NCBI GenBank assembly: GCA_963748825.1
Contig: CAVVKN010000017.1
Location: 1 to 59,680, forward strand
DNA length: 59,680 nucleotides
Direction: 5' to 3'
Source: Methanotrichaceae archaeon
Lineage (GTDB): Archaea; Halobacteriota; Methanosarcinia; Methanotrichales; Methanotrichaceae
The translations under genes were made by a program, and so were the position numbers. The notes under the pieces are model-generated. The model worked only from the letters and a program-made list of their open reading frames with translations, was not told the DNA's origin and did no database searches. Shown here piece after piece: positions 1-8,881 of this stretch (positions are counted from its first letter, which is position 1; each line of letters opens with the position of its first letter).

Positions 1-1119
1 ATGCTCATCCTGCTCGTTAGCGTAGCTCTGGCATTCTCCAATGGCGTCGCAGCTATTGGGAAAGGCGACACTGGAGCCACCGAAGTCATAATAATCAAGT
101 CCCCGGGATGCACGAAATGCGCTGCTGCTGAGAGAGCTTTAGAGAAGATCGGGCTGGATGTGCCTATCAATGTCACTGGGTACTACTATTATTCAGAGGA
201 TGGGCATCGCATCATCAAGCAGTATCGGGCCAAGGACGTTCCTGCTATCATAATCGGTATGCAAGTCATAAACTACCGGGATTATGAGGGAGACAATGCC
301 TTGCTGGAAAGCCTCATCAAAAGCGCCCTGGCCAACCAGACACCCAATCTCCCTGCTGCATTCACCCTGCCCGACAATGAGAGCGCCAAGCAGAACCTCA
401 GTGCAGCCTCTGCCAATGGCCAGAGCCTGAATTTAGAGGAGATCTCCCTTTACACAATCTCCGCCGTTTTAGGTGCGGGGCTGGTGGCGGGCTTTAATCC
501 CTGTCTGCTGGGCATCCTGGTCTTCCTGGCGGCATCGGTGCTCTCCACCAAGGGAAAGAAGCGAGAGCTGGTGATGATGGTGGTATTTTTCTCCCTGGGC
601 ATCTTCACCATGTACTTTCTCTTCGGCCTGGGCATACAGCAACTGCTACAGACGGAGGCGATAGCCAGTGCCTTTCGCTATATCCTGACTGCTTTTCTGA
701 TGCTCGCCGGCCTCTCTCAGGTCTGGGATGCGCTGCGGCTCCAGCAGGGACGACCATCCCTCTTTCGCACGGATTGGGCTCTCAAGTATTTCCAGGCCGG
801 GGTTGACAAGGGCCGCTTCAGCTCGTACTTCTTTATCGGGGCGCTCTTCTCCCTGGTCAAGGCCCCCTGTGTGGGTGCCATCTACCTCGCGATACTGGAT
901 CTTCTCTCTGCCAGAAGTTACTTTGAGGGTGCTGCCTATCTGTTTTTCTTCAACCTGGGTGTAATTCTACCCATCATCATCCTGGGCGGGGCAATTGCTC
1001 TGGGCATGAGCCCGAAGCAGGTGGACTCCTTCCGCAAGGATCACAGAGTAGGAATGAGGCTGGCCACGGGACTGACCCTGTTAGCGCTGGCTCCACTTAT
1101 CTACTGGCAGCTCATTTGA
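1..1119 (+). CDS. Thioredoxin/glutaredoxin-like domain fused to CcdA/DsbD-type transmembrane domain (cytochrome c biogenesis family); may be 5'-truncated by the window edge
   Basis: Signal peptide, CTKC (CxxC) motif, then multiple TM helices with FNPC and APC cysteines typical of CcdA/DsbD. Confidence 0.8.
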   Translation: MLILLVSVALAFSNGVAAIGKGDTGATEVIIIKSPGCTKCAAAERALEKIGLDVPINVTGYYYYSEDGHRIIKQYRAKDVPAIIIGMQVINYRDYEGDNALLESLIKSALANQTPNLPAAFTLPDNESAKQNLSAASANGQSLNLEEISLYTISAVLGAGLVAGFNPCLLGILVFLAASVLSTKGKKRELVMMVVFFSLGIFTMYFLFGLGIQQLLQTEAIASAFRYILTAFLMLAGLSQVWDALRLQQGRPSLFRTDWALKYFQAGVDKGRFSSYFFIGALFSLVKAPCVGAIYLAILDLLSARSYFEGAAYLFFFNLGVILPIIILGGAIALGMSPKQVDSFRKDHRVGMRLATGLTLLALAPLIYWQLI

Positions 1120-1174
1120 TGGCAAAAGGGTTAAAATAGAGAGATTGCTCACCTCCAGGGCGAGGTGAATCTTT

Positions 1175-2362
1175 TTGTTTTTAGTTGGAGAGGCTCTCAT
1201 AGGAAAGGAGCCTGAGATTGCTCATATCGATCTGATCATTGGAGATAAGGAGGGGCCGGTAGCCACGGCTTTTGCCTCCGCACTTTCGCAGCTTTCGGCA
1301 GGGCACACGCCCCTTTTAGGTGTTATCCGGCCCAATCTGCCGGCCAAGCCGTCCACTCTCATAGTACCCAAAGTTACTGTGAAGAATATGGATCAAGTCG
1401 CCCAGATCTTCGGCCCGGCCCAGATGGCTGTAGCCAAGGCGGTGGCTGATGCGGTAGCTGAGGGCATTATTCCCAAGGACAAGGCTGAGGAGCTGCTGAT
1501 AATAGTATCCGTGTTCATTCATCCCCAGGCAAAAGACTACGACGCCATCTATCGCTACAATTACGGGGCGACCAAGCTGGCCCTGGAAAGAGCCATGATC
1601 GGATTCCCGGATGTAGATCTGATGCTCTACGAGAAGGACCGCTCCACTCATCCCATCATGGGCTTCCGGGTCACCCGTCTCTGGGACCCGCCATACTTGC
1701 AAGTGGCATTTGATCTGGTGGACTTGGCCGAGGTGCGCCGCGTGCTCACCGCTCTGCCTGATAGCGATCACATTCTCATCGAGGTGGGAACACCTCTGGT
1801 CAAGATGCTGGGCATCAGTGTGGTCAAGGAGATTCGCGCCATCCGGCCTGGTGCCTTCGTCATACTGGATCTGAAGACTCTGGATACCGGCAACTTAGAG
1901 GTGCGCCTGGCAGCGGACTCCACTGCTGACGCCGTGGTCATATCCGGTCTTGCCCCCAAGAAGACGCTGGAGCTTTCCATCCGAGAGGCCAGAAAGACCG
2001 GCATCTACTCCATCATCGACATGCTCAATGTGCCCGATCCGCTGCTCGTTTTGAAGGGCCTCGAAGTTTTGCCGGACGTTGTCGAGCTGCACCGGGCCAT
2101 AGATAATGAGAAGAGCGCACATGCCTGGAATAACATTCGTGATATTCAGGCCCTGGCCAAAGATGGAAGAAAGCTGCTGGTGGCTGTGGCGGGCGGCATT
2201 CGCGTGGATACCGAGGGGGCAGCTCTCGCGGCAGGCGCGAACATCCTCGTAGTGGGCCGGGCCATTACCCGTTCCAAGGATATTCGCGACATGGCCGAGC
2301 AGTTCCTGACGGGCCTCAAGCAGACGGAGATCGACCAGTACCGGGTCATGACGGACTTCTGA
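1175..2362 (+). CDS. fae-hps: Bifunctional formaldehyde-activating enzyme / 3-hexulose-6-phosphate synthase
   Basis: N-half [24 protein letters not shown] (Fae); C-half [34 protein letters not shown] (HPS); TTG start with GAGGTGA RBS. Confidence 0.95.
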   Translation: MFLVGEALIGKEPEIAHIDLIIGDKEGPVATAFASALSQLSAGHTPLLGVIRPNLPAKPSTLIVPKVTVKNMDQVAQIFGPAQMAVAKAVADAVAEGIIPKDKAEELLIIVSVFIHPQAKDYDAIYRYNYGATKLALERAMIGFPDVDLMLYEKDRSTHPIMGFRVTRLWDPPYLQVAFDLVDLAEVRRVLTALPDSDHILIEVGTPLVKMLGISVVKEIRAIRPGAFVILDLKTLDTGNLEVRLAADSTADAVVISGLAPKKTLELSIREARKTGIYSIIDMLNVPDPLLVLKGLEVLPDVVELHRAIDNEKSAHAWNNIRDIQALAKDGRKLLVAVAGGIRVDTEGAALAAGANILVVGRAITRSKDIRDMAEQFLTGLKQTEIDQYRVMTDF

Positions 2363-2378
2363 AGATCGCAGATCTTGG

Positions 2379-3695
2379 ATGATCCGTTTCTCTCTTTTTT
2401 TATTACTAATATTATTTATGACGCCGGGTTTAGGCAGTGCCATCGATGTGCAGGTGGGCCCGCAGGTCCAGCCGGGCGGCGCAGTCATCCTGGTGGTGGA
2501 TGGTCTTGGCGCGTCTTACGTCTATCCGGAGCATCGCGCCTATGCCCTGGACGGCTCGCCTATCGATGGAGCCGTGCTCTTCAACCTCACAGGGGGCGGG
2601 GCGCGGGCAGTGGACGTGCAGGTGCCTGTTCCGGAGACTACCAAGAGTCATAGCGTTCTCATCACCGGCAATTCGGGAACGGACCCTGACAATCCCGGCC
2701 CCACCATCTTCGATGCGGCTCACGAGAGCGGCTTCCTCTGTCTGGCTGTGCTGGAGCGGGGCGATGCTATGCCCGTCTTGCAGGAGATGGATGGCGTCCT
2801 TTATCTGGGCGACAACTCCCTGCACGGAGCCGAGCCAATTCCCGGCTTTCGGGCGGGCGCACCTGCGGGCCTGCAATACCGATTTCAGGTGTGGCGGGAC
2901 AGGTTTGCCCGGTATTCTGCACCCCAGGGCGAAGCGGGCTACGCGGGGTACAATACATGGGCCCTGGATACGGCAGCGGACATCGTCCAAAACCTCTCAG
3001 GCCAGCGTTTTCTCATGCTGGTGAATGTGGGCGCGGTTGACAGCGCCGGGCAGAACCTGGGCGCGGACGGCTACCGCCGGACGGTGCAAGCCCTGGACGT
3101 GCCGCTAGGTCGCCTGGCAGAGATCTGTCGTCAGAACAATGTACTATTGGCCGTCACCGCCGACCACGGCATGGTCTTTCCCTCTTCGACTGGCAAGGGT
3201 GGGCACTCGGCTGAGAAGTATGCGTCAAGCCCGGAGGCCCTGCGCGTTCCCCTGGTCTTCCTCGGGCCGGGAGTGGAAGAGCTGAATCTAGGGGGCCGCT
3301 GGTCGGAGGTGGACATCGCTCCCACGTTGCTAGGCATCCTGAATATCTCGTCCAAATTAACCTCTGAAGGCAAGAGCCTGCCCATCCGCGCGGGCTTTGA
3401 CTTGCGGGTCACGGGCGCGCCCGCGGGCCTGGAGCTGTGGCAGGGAGAGGAGCGACTGGCCAACGGCAGCGCAGGAGGAGAGTACAGCTTCCGGGGTCTG
3501 CCGCGTGGACAGTACAGCCTCAAGGCGGACGGAAAGGAGTGGGGGGTGCTGGTGAACGGAGACGTGGCAATGGATCTGGCAGGAAAGGCTGCACCTCAGG
3601 GAGATTGGAAGAGAATAATCGGAATCATACTTATCCTGGCCATAAACATAGGCGGAATTGCACTTATCATCCGGATTTGGAAAGGAAGGGAATAA
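2379..3695 (+). CDS. Secreted/membrane-anchored alkaline-phosphatase-superfamily metalloenzyme
   Basis: Signal peptide; ILVVDGLG, VDSAG, VTADHG, RVPL, VDIAPTL motifs; C-terminal TM helix. Confidence 0.8.
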   Translation: MIRFSLFLLLILFMTPGLGSAIDVQVGPQVQPGGAVILVVDGLGASYVYPEHRAYALDGSPIDGAVLFNLTGGGARAVDVQVPVPETTKSHSVLITGNSGTDPDNPGPTIFDAAHESGFLCLAVLERGDAMPVLQEMDGVLYLGDNSLHGAEPIPGFRAGAPAGLQYRFQVWRDRFARYSAPQGEAGYAGYNTWALDTAADIVQNLSGQRFLMLVNVGAVDSAGQNLGADGYRRTVQALDVPLGRLAEICRQNNVLLAVTADHGMVFPSSTGKGGHSAEKYASSPEALRVPLVFLGPGVEELNLGGRWSEVDIAPTLLGILNISSKLTSEGKSLPIRAGFDLRVTGAPAGLELWQGEERLANGSAGGEYSFRGLPRGQYSLKADGKEWGVLVNGDVAMDLAGKAAPQGDWKRIIGIILILAINIGGIALIIRIWKGRE

Positions 3696-3709
3696 GATCT
3701 TAAATCCCA

Positions 3710-3931
3710 TCAGGCTACAGAAAACCAATCCTCTCGACTGATCTGTGCCTTTCTCAGGATCTCTGAAAGTAGATCGACGCTTATCTTTTCACCATGTGGA
3801 TTTGGGATGATGGCCAATGTAATCCCTCTTTTCATGTGTTGATGTTTCTTGCCAGGAAACGGGCCCTCAAATCCAAGCTCTTTAAGTCGGTGGATCAACT
3901 CTGATCGCGATACAGGAGACAGCTTAGGCAA
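3710..3931 (-). CDS. hicA: HicA-family toxin (mRNA interferase)
   Basis: ELIHRLKELGF..GKKHQHMKRG..IIPNPH..LLSEILRKA pattern; probable TTG start at 3931 overlapping hicB stop. Confidence 0.85.
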   Translation of the reverse strand: MPKLSPVSRSELIHRLKELGFEGPFPGKKHQHMKRGITLAIIPNPHGEKISVDLLSEILRKAQISREDWFSVA

Positions 3932-4181
3932 CAGGTATCGGCTCCTTTGAGACACTTATGGTTTGACCGCTAATTGGTGGAAGTGCCAGATTCCACAGCA
4001 GATGTGCAGCGATCCAATCCTCAAGAGCTTCGATGAAATTCCTGCGTGCCTCTTCAACAGTGCAGCCTGTCGCCCATACACCATCTAATTCTGGAACATC
4101 CACAAAATATGGCTCGTCCCCATTATCGATGACTTTGTATTGCGCCTTCTCCAGAGCCGCCTGAATGTATTCCGCGAACAT
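3924..4181 (-). CDS. hicB: HicB-family antitoxin
   Basis: YFVDVPELDGVWATGCTVEEARRNFIEALEDWI motif; directly upstream of hicA. Confidence 0.85.
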   Translation of the reverse strand: MFAEYIQAALEKAQYKVIDNGDEPYFVDVPELDGVWATGCTVEEARRNFIEALEDWIAAHLLWNLALPPISGQTISVSKEPIPVA

Positions 4182-4251
4182 ATCAATATCCTATTCGAGC
4201 TTCAAAGGATATGAAATATGCGATTCAGATTTCATGAGCTTAGCAAGAGTG

Positions 4252-4371
4252 CTGCGAGCCACGGGCGCGCCCGCGGGCCTGGAGTTGTGGCGGGAAGAGG
4301 AGCGGCTTGCCAACGCCGCCGCAAGCGGAGACTGCTGCTTCCGGGGACTGCCGCACGGGCAGCACAGCCTC
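4252..4371 (+). repeat. Diverged direct copy of 3402-3521 (3' part of the phosphatase-like gene)
   Basis: Ungapped 120-bp alignment at offset 850, about 21 mismatches by hand count; translates LRATGAPAGLELWREEERLAN vs LRVTGAPAGLELWQGEERLAN. Confidence 0.9.
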
Positions 4372-4432
4372 TGGCAGGCGAGAGAGAATCAATTGTTGAG
4401 CATTTGTTAAATTAAAAATTTTATAAAAATTC

Positions 4433-4984
4433 TTAAGCCTCTTTCTGTCCCTTCAGTTGGATCATAGTCCCCACAATTTCGTCATGCTCTGAACAATTGA
4501 CTGCGAAATTTAATCGGTCGGGATAAATGGAGAAGAGAACCTGAGGGATGTGGGAGTTGCAGTCATCCAATGCCATCTGCAGTTCACGAAACTCTCGATT
4601 GGTGACCAGGAGCTGATCACGATACTCTTCCTCCTGCTCGATCGACTCCAGGGGGTTCTTTTCGTCAATCGTGCTGTCAACAACCAGATCGCACTGCCAC
4701 TCCAATACAAGGGCCCGGTTCTCCCAGTAAAATGTATCCGGCGGGATCAAATCCTGCAATATCTTCAGATCCTCCAGGGGCACAAGCCACTGCATAGCCT
4801 GTACTTCTTCCGGTAATTTCCCTTCGATGCTTACCAGAGAAGAAACGGCTCCCGATGTTAGATTCAGGTCGCCCATGTCAAACGATATCTTAACCGGCGA
4901 GTTCCTCATGGCTTTGAGGGCAAAATAGAGCCGGCCGGGATTGAGTATTTCAATTGCCTTCTCATAAATTATATCGTCTTCCAT
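4433..4984 (-). CDS. Hypothetical acidic protein (possible sliding-clamp-like fold)
   Basis: Open frame with likely ATG at 4984 (MEDDIIYEK); acidic; beta-alpha-beta-beta-beta periodicity by eye. Confidence 0.6.
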   Translation of the reverse strand: MEDDIIYEKAIEILNPGRLYFALKAMRNSPVKISFDMGDLNLTSGAVSSLVSIEGKLPEEVQAMQWLVPLEDLKILQDLIPPDTFYWENRALVLEWQCDLVVDSTIDEKNPLESIEQEEEYRDQLLVTNREFRELQMALDDCNSHIPQVLFSIYPDRLNFAVNCSEHDEIVGTMIQLKGQKEA

Positions 4985-5317
4985 GCACCAACTGTTTGTT
5001 GCAACTGATATATGCGTGTGGCGCACCAGAGGATGGCCTATCAAAGCTGCCGTCAGTTCTTCGCCCCAGCCCGTCATCCTGCGACCTTGCAGCCAACGGT
5101 CGCAAGGGTCTGCAGATTCACCAGATAGCGAGATGATTGATTACAATGGAGTGCATAGATTAATGTGATTAATTATTCAAAATATAAATTTAATTATTAG
5201 TTGATTGTAACTTGCAACTTCATTAGCAATTTAACTCTTTGGAAAAATTTATATAACTGAAGTTAACTCAGTATAAAACATACTAACCTAAGAAAAAGTA
5301 AATGCGGAGAAATAAAG

Positions 5318-5743
5318 ATGAATAACCGAATATTTACAGGGGCGCTAATCTCCCTCGCCGTCCTATTTATTGGGGCGGCATTGGTGCAGGGCGCAGCAGA
5401 GAGCGAAATCGCCATAACCAGTGCCAATTTTGCGGCTCCAAGCCCGGAAAAAGAGAACTTGATTGATGAATGGGTTGAGATATCCAATCTGGGCACAGAG
5501 GATGTCAGCCTGGTCGGCTGGACGCTGCAAGATGCGCAGAATCACACCTACTCATTCCCTGATTTCAGCCTGAGTGCAGGAGCCAAGGCCAAGATTCGCA
5601 CGGGAATGGGAAATGACACTTCCGAAGATCTCTTCTGGAACCGCAGCTCATCCATCTGGAACAATGGTGGAGACGTGGCAACCTTAACGGATGCTTCAGG
5701 CAATATCGTCTCTCGCTATCCGGAAGAGACAAAGGCAGCTTAA
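5318..5743 (+). CDS. Secreted lamin-tail-domain (LTD) protein
   Basis: Signal peptide; EWVEISNLG..VSLVGWTLQD..IWNNGGDVATLTDASG. Confidence 0.9.
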   Translation: MNNRIFTGALISLAVLFIGAALVQGAAESEIAITSANFAAPSPEKENLIDEWVEISNLGTEDVSLVGWTLQDAQNHTYSFPDFSLSAGAKAKIRTGMGNDTSEDLFWNRSSSIWNNGGDVATLTDASGNIVSRYPEETKAA

Positions 5744-5779
5744 ATATTTTTTTCCTTTTTTTCAATCAATTTTCGCGGG

Positions 5780-6076
5780 TGTGGAGTCCCGAAATTATTT
5801 TGCACCTCCTCTAATCCGGGACACATATTCCAGGAATGAAATTAAACAAGACGAAGGTTCGCTACTTCCTTCGTCAAAAACGCAAGGGAGTAGCAACAGA
5901 AGAGACTGCGCGGGATGTGAAGGTCTCACAAAGGAGGGTTTCATCAGACCATCAAAGAGTACATGGAGACTGGGCAAGAACCTGTCTTGGGCGAAAAAAT
6001 TGGTCTCCCCCGTAAATCCTACATAGAGAAAGAGGTAGAGGTCATCAGAGCTGCCCACGCACGCTATCGATTCTGG
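5780..6076 (+). mobile_element. IS481-family left end plus frameshifted N-terminal transposase fragment
   Basis: Begins TGTGGAGTCCCGAAATTATTTT (TGT terminus); ATG 5836 MKLNKTKVRYFLRQKRKGVATEETARDVKVSQRRV, frameshift near 5940, then QTIKEYMETGQEPVLGEKIGLPRK (HTH region of archaeal IS481-type transposases); no DDE core. Confidence 0.7.
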
Positions 6077-6080
6077 GACG

Positions 6081-6300
6081 GTGCAAACCAACGCCGAAAA
6101 GGCAAATGTCAATGCGACTGAGCCGCTCCGGGCGGAGCCTGCTGTACCGACGGTCGGGCGGCCCCAGCCGGAGGGCCAGGAGGGGGGCGCGGCCAGGCCC
6201 GAGGGCCGCAAGAGGGGCAGACCGAAGAAGACGGAGAGCGGGGGGAAGGGGAAGACCAAGTAGGTGGCGGGAAAGCAGCAGAAGTCAATGTTCGACTTTT
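6081..6300 (+). pseudogene. Detached, diverged copy of the 3' end of RFC large subunit (original 33759-33995, opposite strand)
   Basis: AEKA..EP.RAEP..PTVG..RKRGRPKK.ES.GK..*..QKSMFDF matches rfcL C-terminus; internal TAG at 6261-6263. Confidence 0.85.
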
Positions 6301-6420
6301 GCCTGATTCATCAAAACATAATGCAAGAACAAGAAGCATGATTTGATTTTGTTTTTGCCCGAATAGTGCACAAATATGACGGTTAACTTCGCTTAATTGA
6401 TAAATTCTACAAGGTGAAAA

Positions 6421-6455
6421 AGTGAAGCGGCTGCGGCGCACCCGCGCAGCAAGCT
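6421..6455 (-). repeat. 35-bp dispersed repeat, inverted relative to 11013-11047
   Basis: Reverse complement AGCTTGCTGCGCGGGTGCGCCGCAGCCGCTTCACT vs AGCTTGCTACGCGGGTGCGCCGTCGCCGTTTCACT, 31/35 identical. Confidence 0.85.
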
Positions 6456-6504
6456 TGGCCTTGGAAAAATCGAGAAATCACTTGATTTCAAGATTGTGTC
6501 CTTT

Positions 6505-7026
6505 CTATATCAAGATCTTCTCATATTCGAGCTGCTCTTTGGGAACAGGCCTCTTATCCTCATCCGGATAGCCGAAGGCGATCATGGACAGAACACTCAA
6601 ATTCTCAGGCAGAGAAAGCACTCGCTTGATGTAATCCTCCGAGGTCAGATTGCTGCTGTGCATTCTCTTTCGGATCTGGATCCAGCAAGAGCCCAACCCC
6701 ATGCTCTGGCCAGCAAGCTGCAGGATAATGGAGGCTATGGAGCAGTCTTCCACCCAGACATCCGACTCTTTTTGTGCAGCGCAGACAACCACACCCAGAC
6801 TTGCTCCTTTCAGGAAGCTTGAGCCGCTCTCTTTAGCCCTGGAGAGTTCCACCAGCTTCGATTTGTCCGTGACAAAAAGAAATCGCCAGGAGTTGATGCC
6901 GCGAGAGGATGGGGATCGCAAGGCGGCCTCCTTGAGCAGATTTATCTTCTCGGTTTCGATCTCACTATCCTTGTATCTTCTGATGCTGCGCCTCTCTCTT
7001 AAAATATCAAGCATAATGATCCTCAT
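6505..7026 (-). CDS. Nitroreductase family protein
   Basis: RRSIRRY, SPSSRG..W.F, GLGSCWI, IAFGYP. Confidence 0.92.
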   Translation of the reverse strand: MRIIMLDILRERRSIRRYKDSEIETEKINLLKEAALRSPSSRGINSWRFLFVTDKSKLVELSRAKESGSSFLKGASLGVVVCAAQKESDVWVEDCSIASIILQLAGQSMGLGSCWIQIRKRMHSSNLTSEDYIKRVLSLPENLSVLSMIAFGYPDEDKRPVPKEQLEYEKILI

Positions 7027-7074
7027 TTTTTGCAGCTAATTGCTTCATTCTTCTCCGTTCATTCGTTCATTCCA

Positions 7075-7743
7075 CTAAACCGGACTTGTCGAGTAGCATG
7101 AGACGGGCCGGTTGAATACGGTATTGATGATGATATAGCGCGTTGGATTTTTGGAAAAGTCGTTTGTCAGTGTTTTATACTGATTTGTCGCCCCAACTTC
7201 AACGGTCTTAGGACGCTGCGGAGCATAAACTGCGGTGCCGTTTATATTGCCTCGCGGGCTGTAGTCGCAGACCAAAATTTCATATCCGCTGGAATTGGCC
7301 TTTCCACATCCCACTTCATCCGTTTCCTGCCAGATCATTTGCGTATAATGGCTGACGGAACCTGGCGATCCAGTGGCGCTGACGGAAGGATACTCTCCAT
7401 TGATGAAATTGCGTTTTTCTTCGCCCCATTGATCGACCATTTGGCTGAGGGTCCTATGCAAGCTCAAGGTCGCAAGAGCTATATTTTGTCCAAATCCGGA
7501 TTTTGGACAGTGTTTTTGCCTTCCCTGGGGCAGAAAGTTTGCGGCATTATAATCTGCGCACTCCTGGGCTTGATGGGAAAGGTTCTCGGACCAGTTTAGG
7601 GCAGTGACATTTACCTCGGCTCGATATCGATTGTGCGCGGCAAGAATTTCCTGCTTTTCATTGGATTTCAGCTGCGCGTCCACCGTAGCAATCAGCATCG
7701 CTGATAGTATGAATAGAAGAATGAGGATCTTTTTCGTATGCAT
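7075..7743 (-). CDS. Secreted CAP/SCP (PR-1-like) domain protein
   Basis: HNRYRAEV..LNWS..GQNIA..HYTQMIW..VGCG..VCDYSPRGN; signal peptide. Confidence 0.9.
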   Translation of the reverse strand: MHTKKILILLFILSAMLIATVDAQLKSNEKQEILAAHNRYRAEVNVTALNWSENLSHQAQECADYNAANFLPQGRQKHCPKSGFGQNIALATLSLHRTLSQMVDQWGEEKRNFINGEYPSVSATGSPGSVSHYTQMIWQETDEVGCGKANSSGYEILVCDYSPRGNINGTAVYAPQRPKTVEVGATNQYKTLTNDFSKNPTRYIIINTVFNRPVSCYSTSPV

Positions 7744-8030
7744 TTCAACACCTTTTTTACCCGGATATTTTATTTTTTCGCTATTATCAATTATCGGCCA
7801 GGACTAACCTCAGCTGGGAATAACATCATCTAAGATTTTAGCAGCATTATTCCCGCGTCTCGTCTTGATTAGGAAAGCATTAAGGTTATTATTAGACATG
7901 TAATTTATAGATTCTTGTCAAAGCTATAAATGAATAGTCGATAATTTATTAAATGTACTGCATTCAAATTGGCCCGATCCAAAATGCTGAGACTACCCTC
8001 ATCATCTTTTGACGGATAGATTTAAGTTGA

Positions 8031-8708
8031 TTGCCGAAACATTGCTTTATAGGTGAGATTTTGATTTCAGAAGTGAAATTTATTAGGCGCAAGGCAATAT
8101 TCACTTTTTTATTCATATTGATGGGATTGTCCCAGGGGCAGGACTATTTGGAGGGAGGATATGTAAGCAGCGGTGACTATGGCGATATCAGGCAGTATTT
8201 TACCGACCCGATATTCAGCTCATCAGGAGCAAGCAACTATGTATCTTCTGATCCTGCTGTAAGGCAAATGCAGGAATCCTTGGACAGATCAGGGCGCTAT
8301 GCAAGAATAGGGTCCTCCGGTGCCAGGACAACTGCTACTCCAACTCCAACTGCAACTGCAGCAACTGCCGGAACAAACAAGCTGACCACAAGCGTAGTTG
8401 GCGCCTGGCACCTAGAATTGGCTGACGGCACTACTATTGATTTGCTTCTTAACCAGTCCGGAGCGATGGTCTTTGGAAGGGGAAGGATTGCTCTCGGCAG
8501 CAGCGCCCAGTGGGCGACAGCAAGCGGAACTTTCTCCGGCAGCAGTCTGAAGTTGAATGTGGTTCCTGCCAGTGGAGCGGAATTCTACGCGCTCTCTTTG
8601 AAAATAGACAGACATCCGGTGACTGCTTCTTACCTGGTTTATAAGACCGGTTCTTCGCCCCGGCCTGGGACGGCAAGGCAGGTCTTATCGTCCCCCATAT
8701 CCGCATGA
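8031..8708 (+). CDS. Hypothetical exported protein (true start probably ~8061)
   Basis: Hydrophobic N-terminal segment, Thr/Ala-rich linker, beta-rich C-terminal domain (VVGAWHLEL). Confidence 0.65.
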   Translation: MPKHCFIGEILISEVKFIRRKAIFTFLFILMGLSQGQDYLEGGYVSSGDYGDIRQYFTDPIFSSSGASNYVSSDPAVRQMQESLDRSGRYARIGSSGARTTATPTPTATAATAGTNKLTTSVVGAWHLELADGTTIDLLLNQSGAMVFGRGRIALGSSAQWATASGTFSGSSLKLNVVPASGAEFYALSLKIDRHPVTASYLVYKTGSSPRPGTARQVLSSPISA

Positions 8709-8881
8709 AACCTCAGCTCCCCATTTTTAGACATATAATGTCGCAGCATACTGATTATCGATCGTTTTCCTGCATCTTGTGCCTAAGCGAAGGGGAGCTC
8801 AGGATGAAAGATAAGATGGAAAGTCATGGATTTCCTGCGTCATAAAACGGAGGTATTTTTGCCTAAAGTTTTGCAATCCTT

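Noticed and set aside
5691-6441. Several 60-150 aa ORFs in the track
   Set aside because: Explained by the IS481 and rfcL remnants read in other frames.
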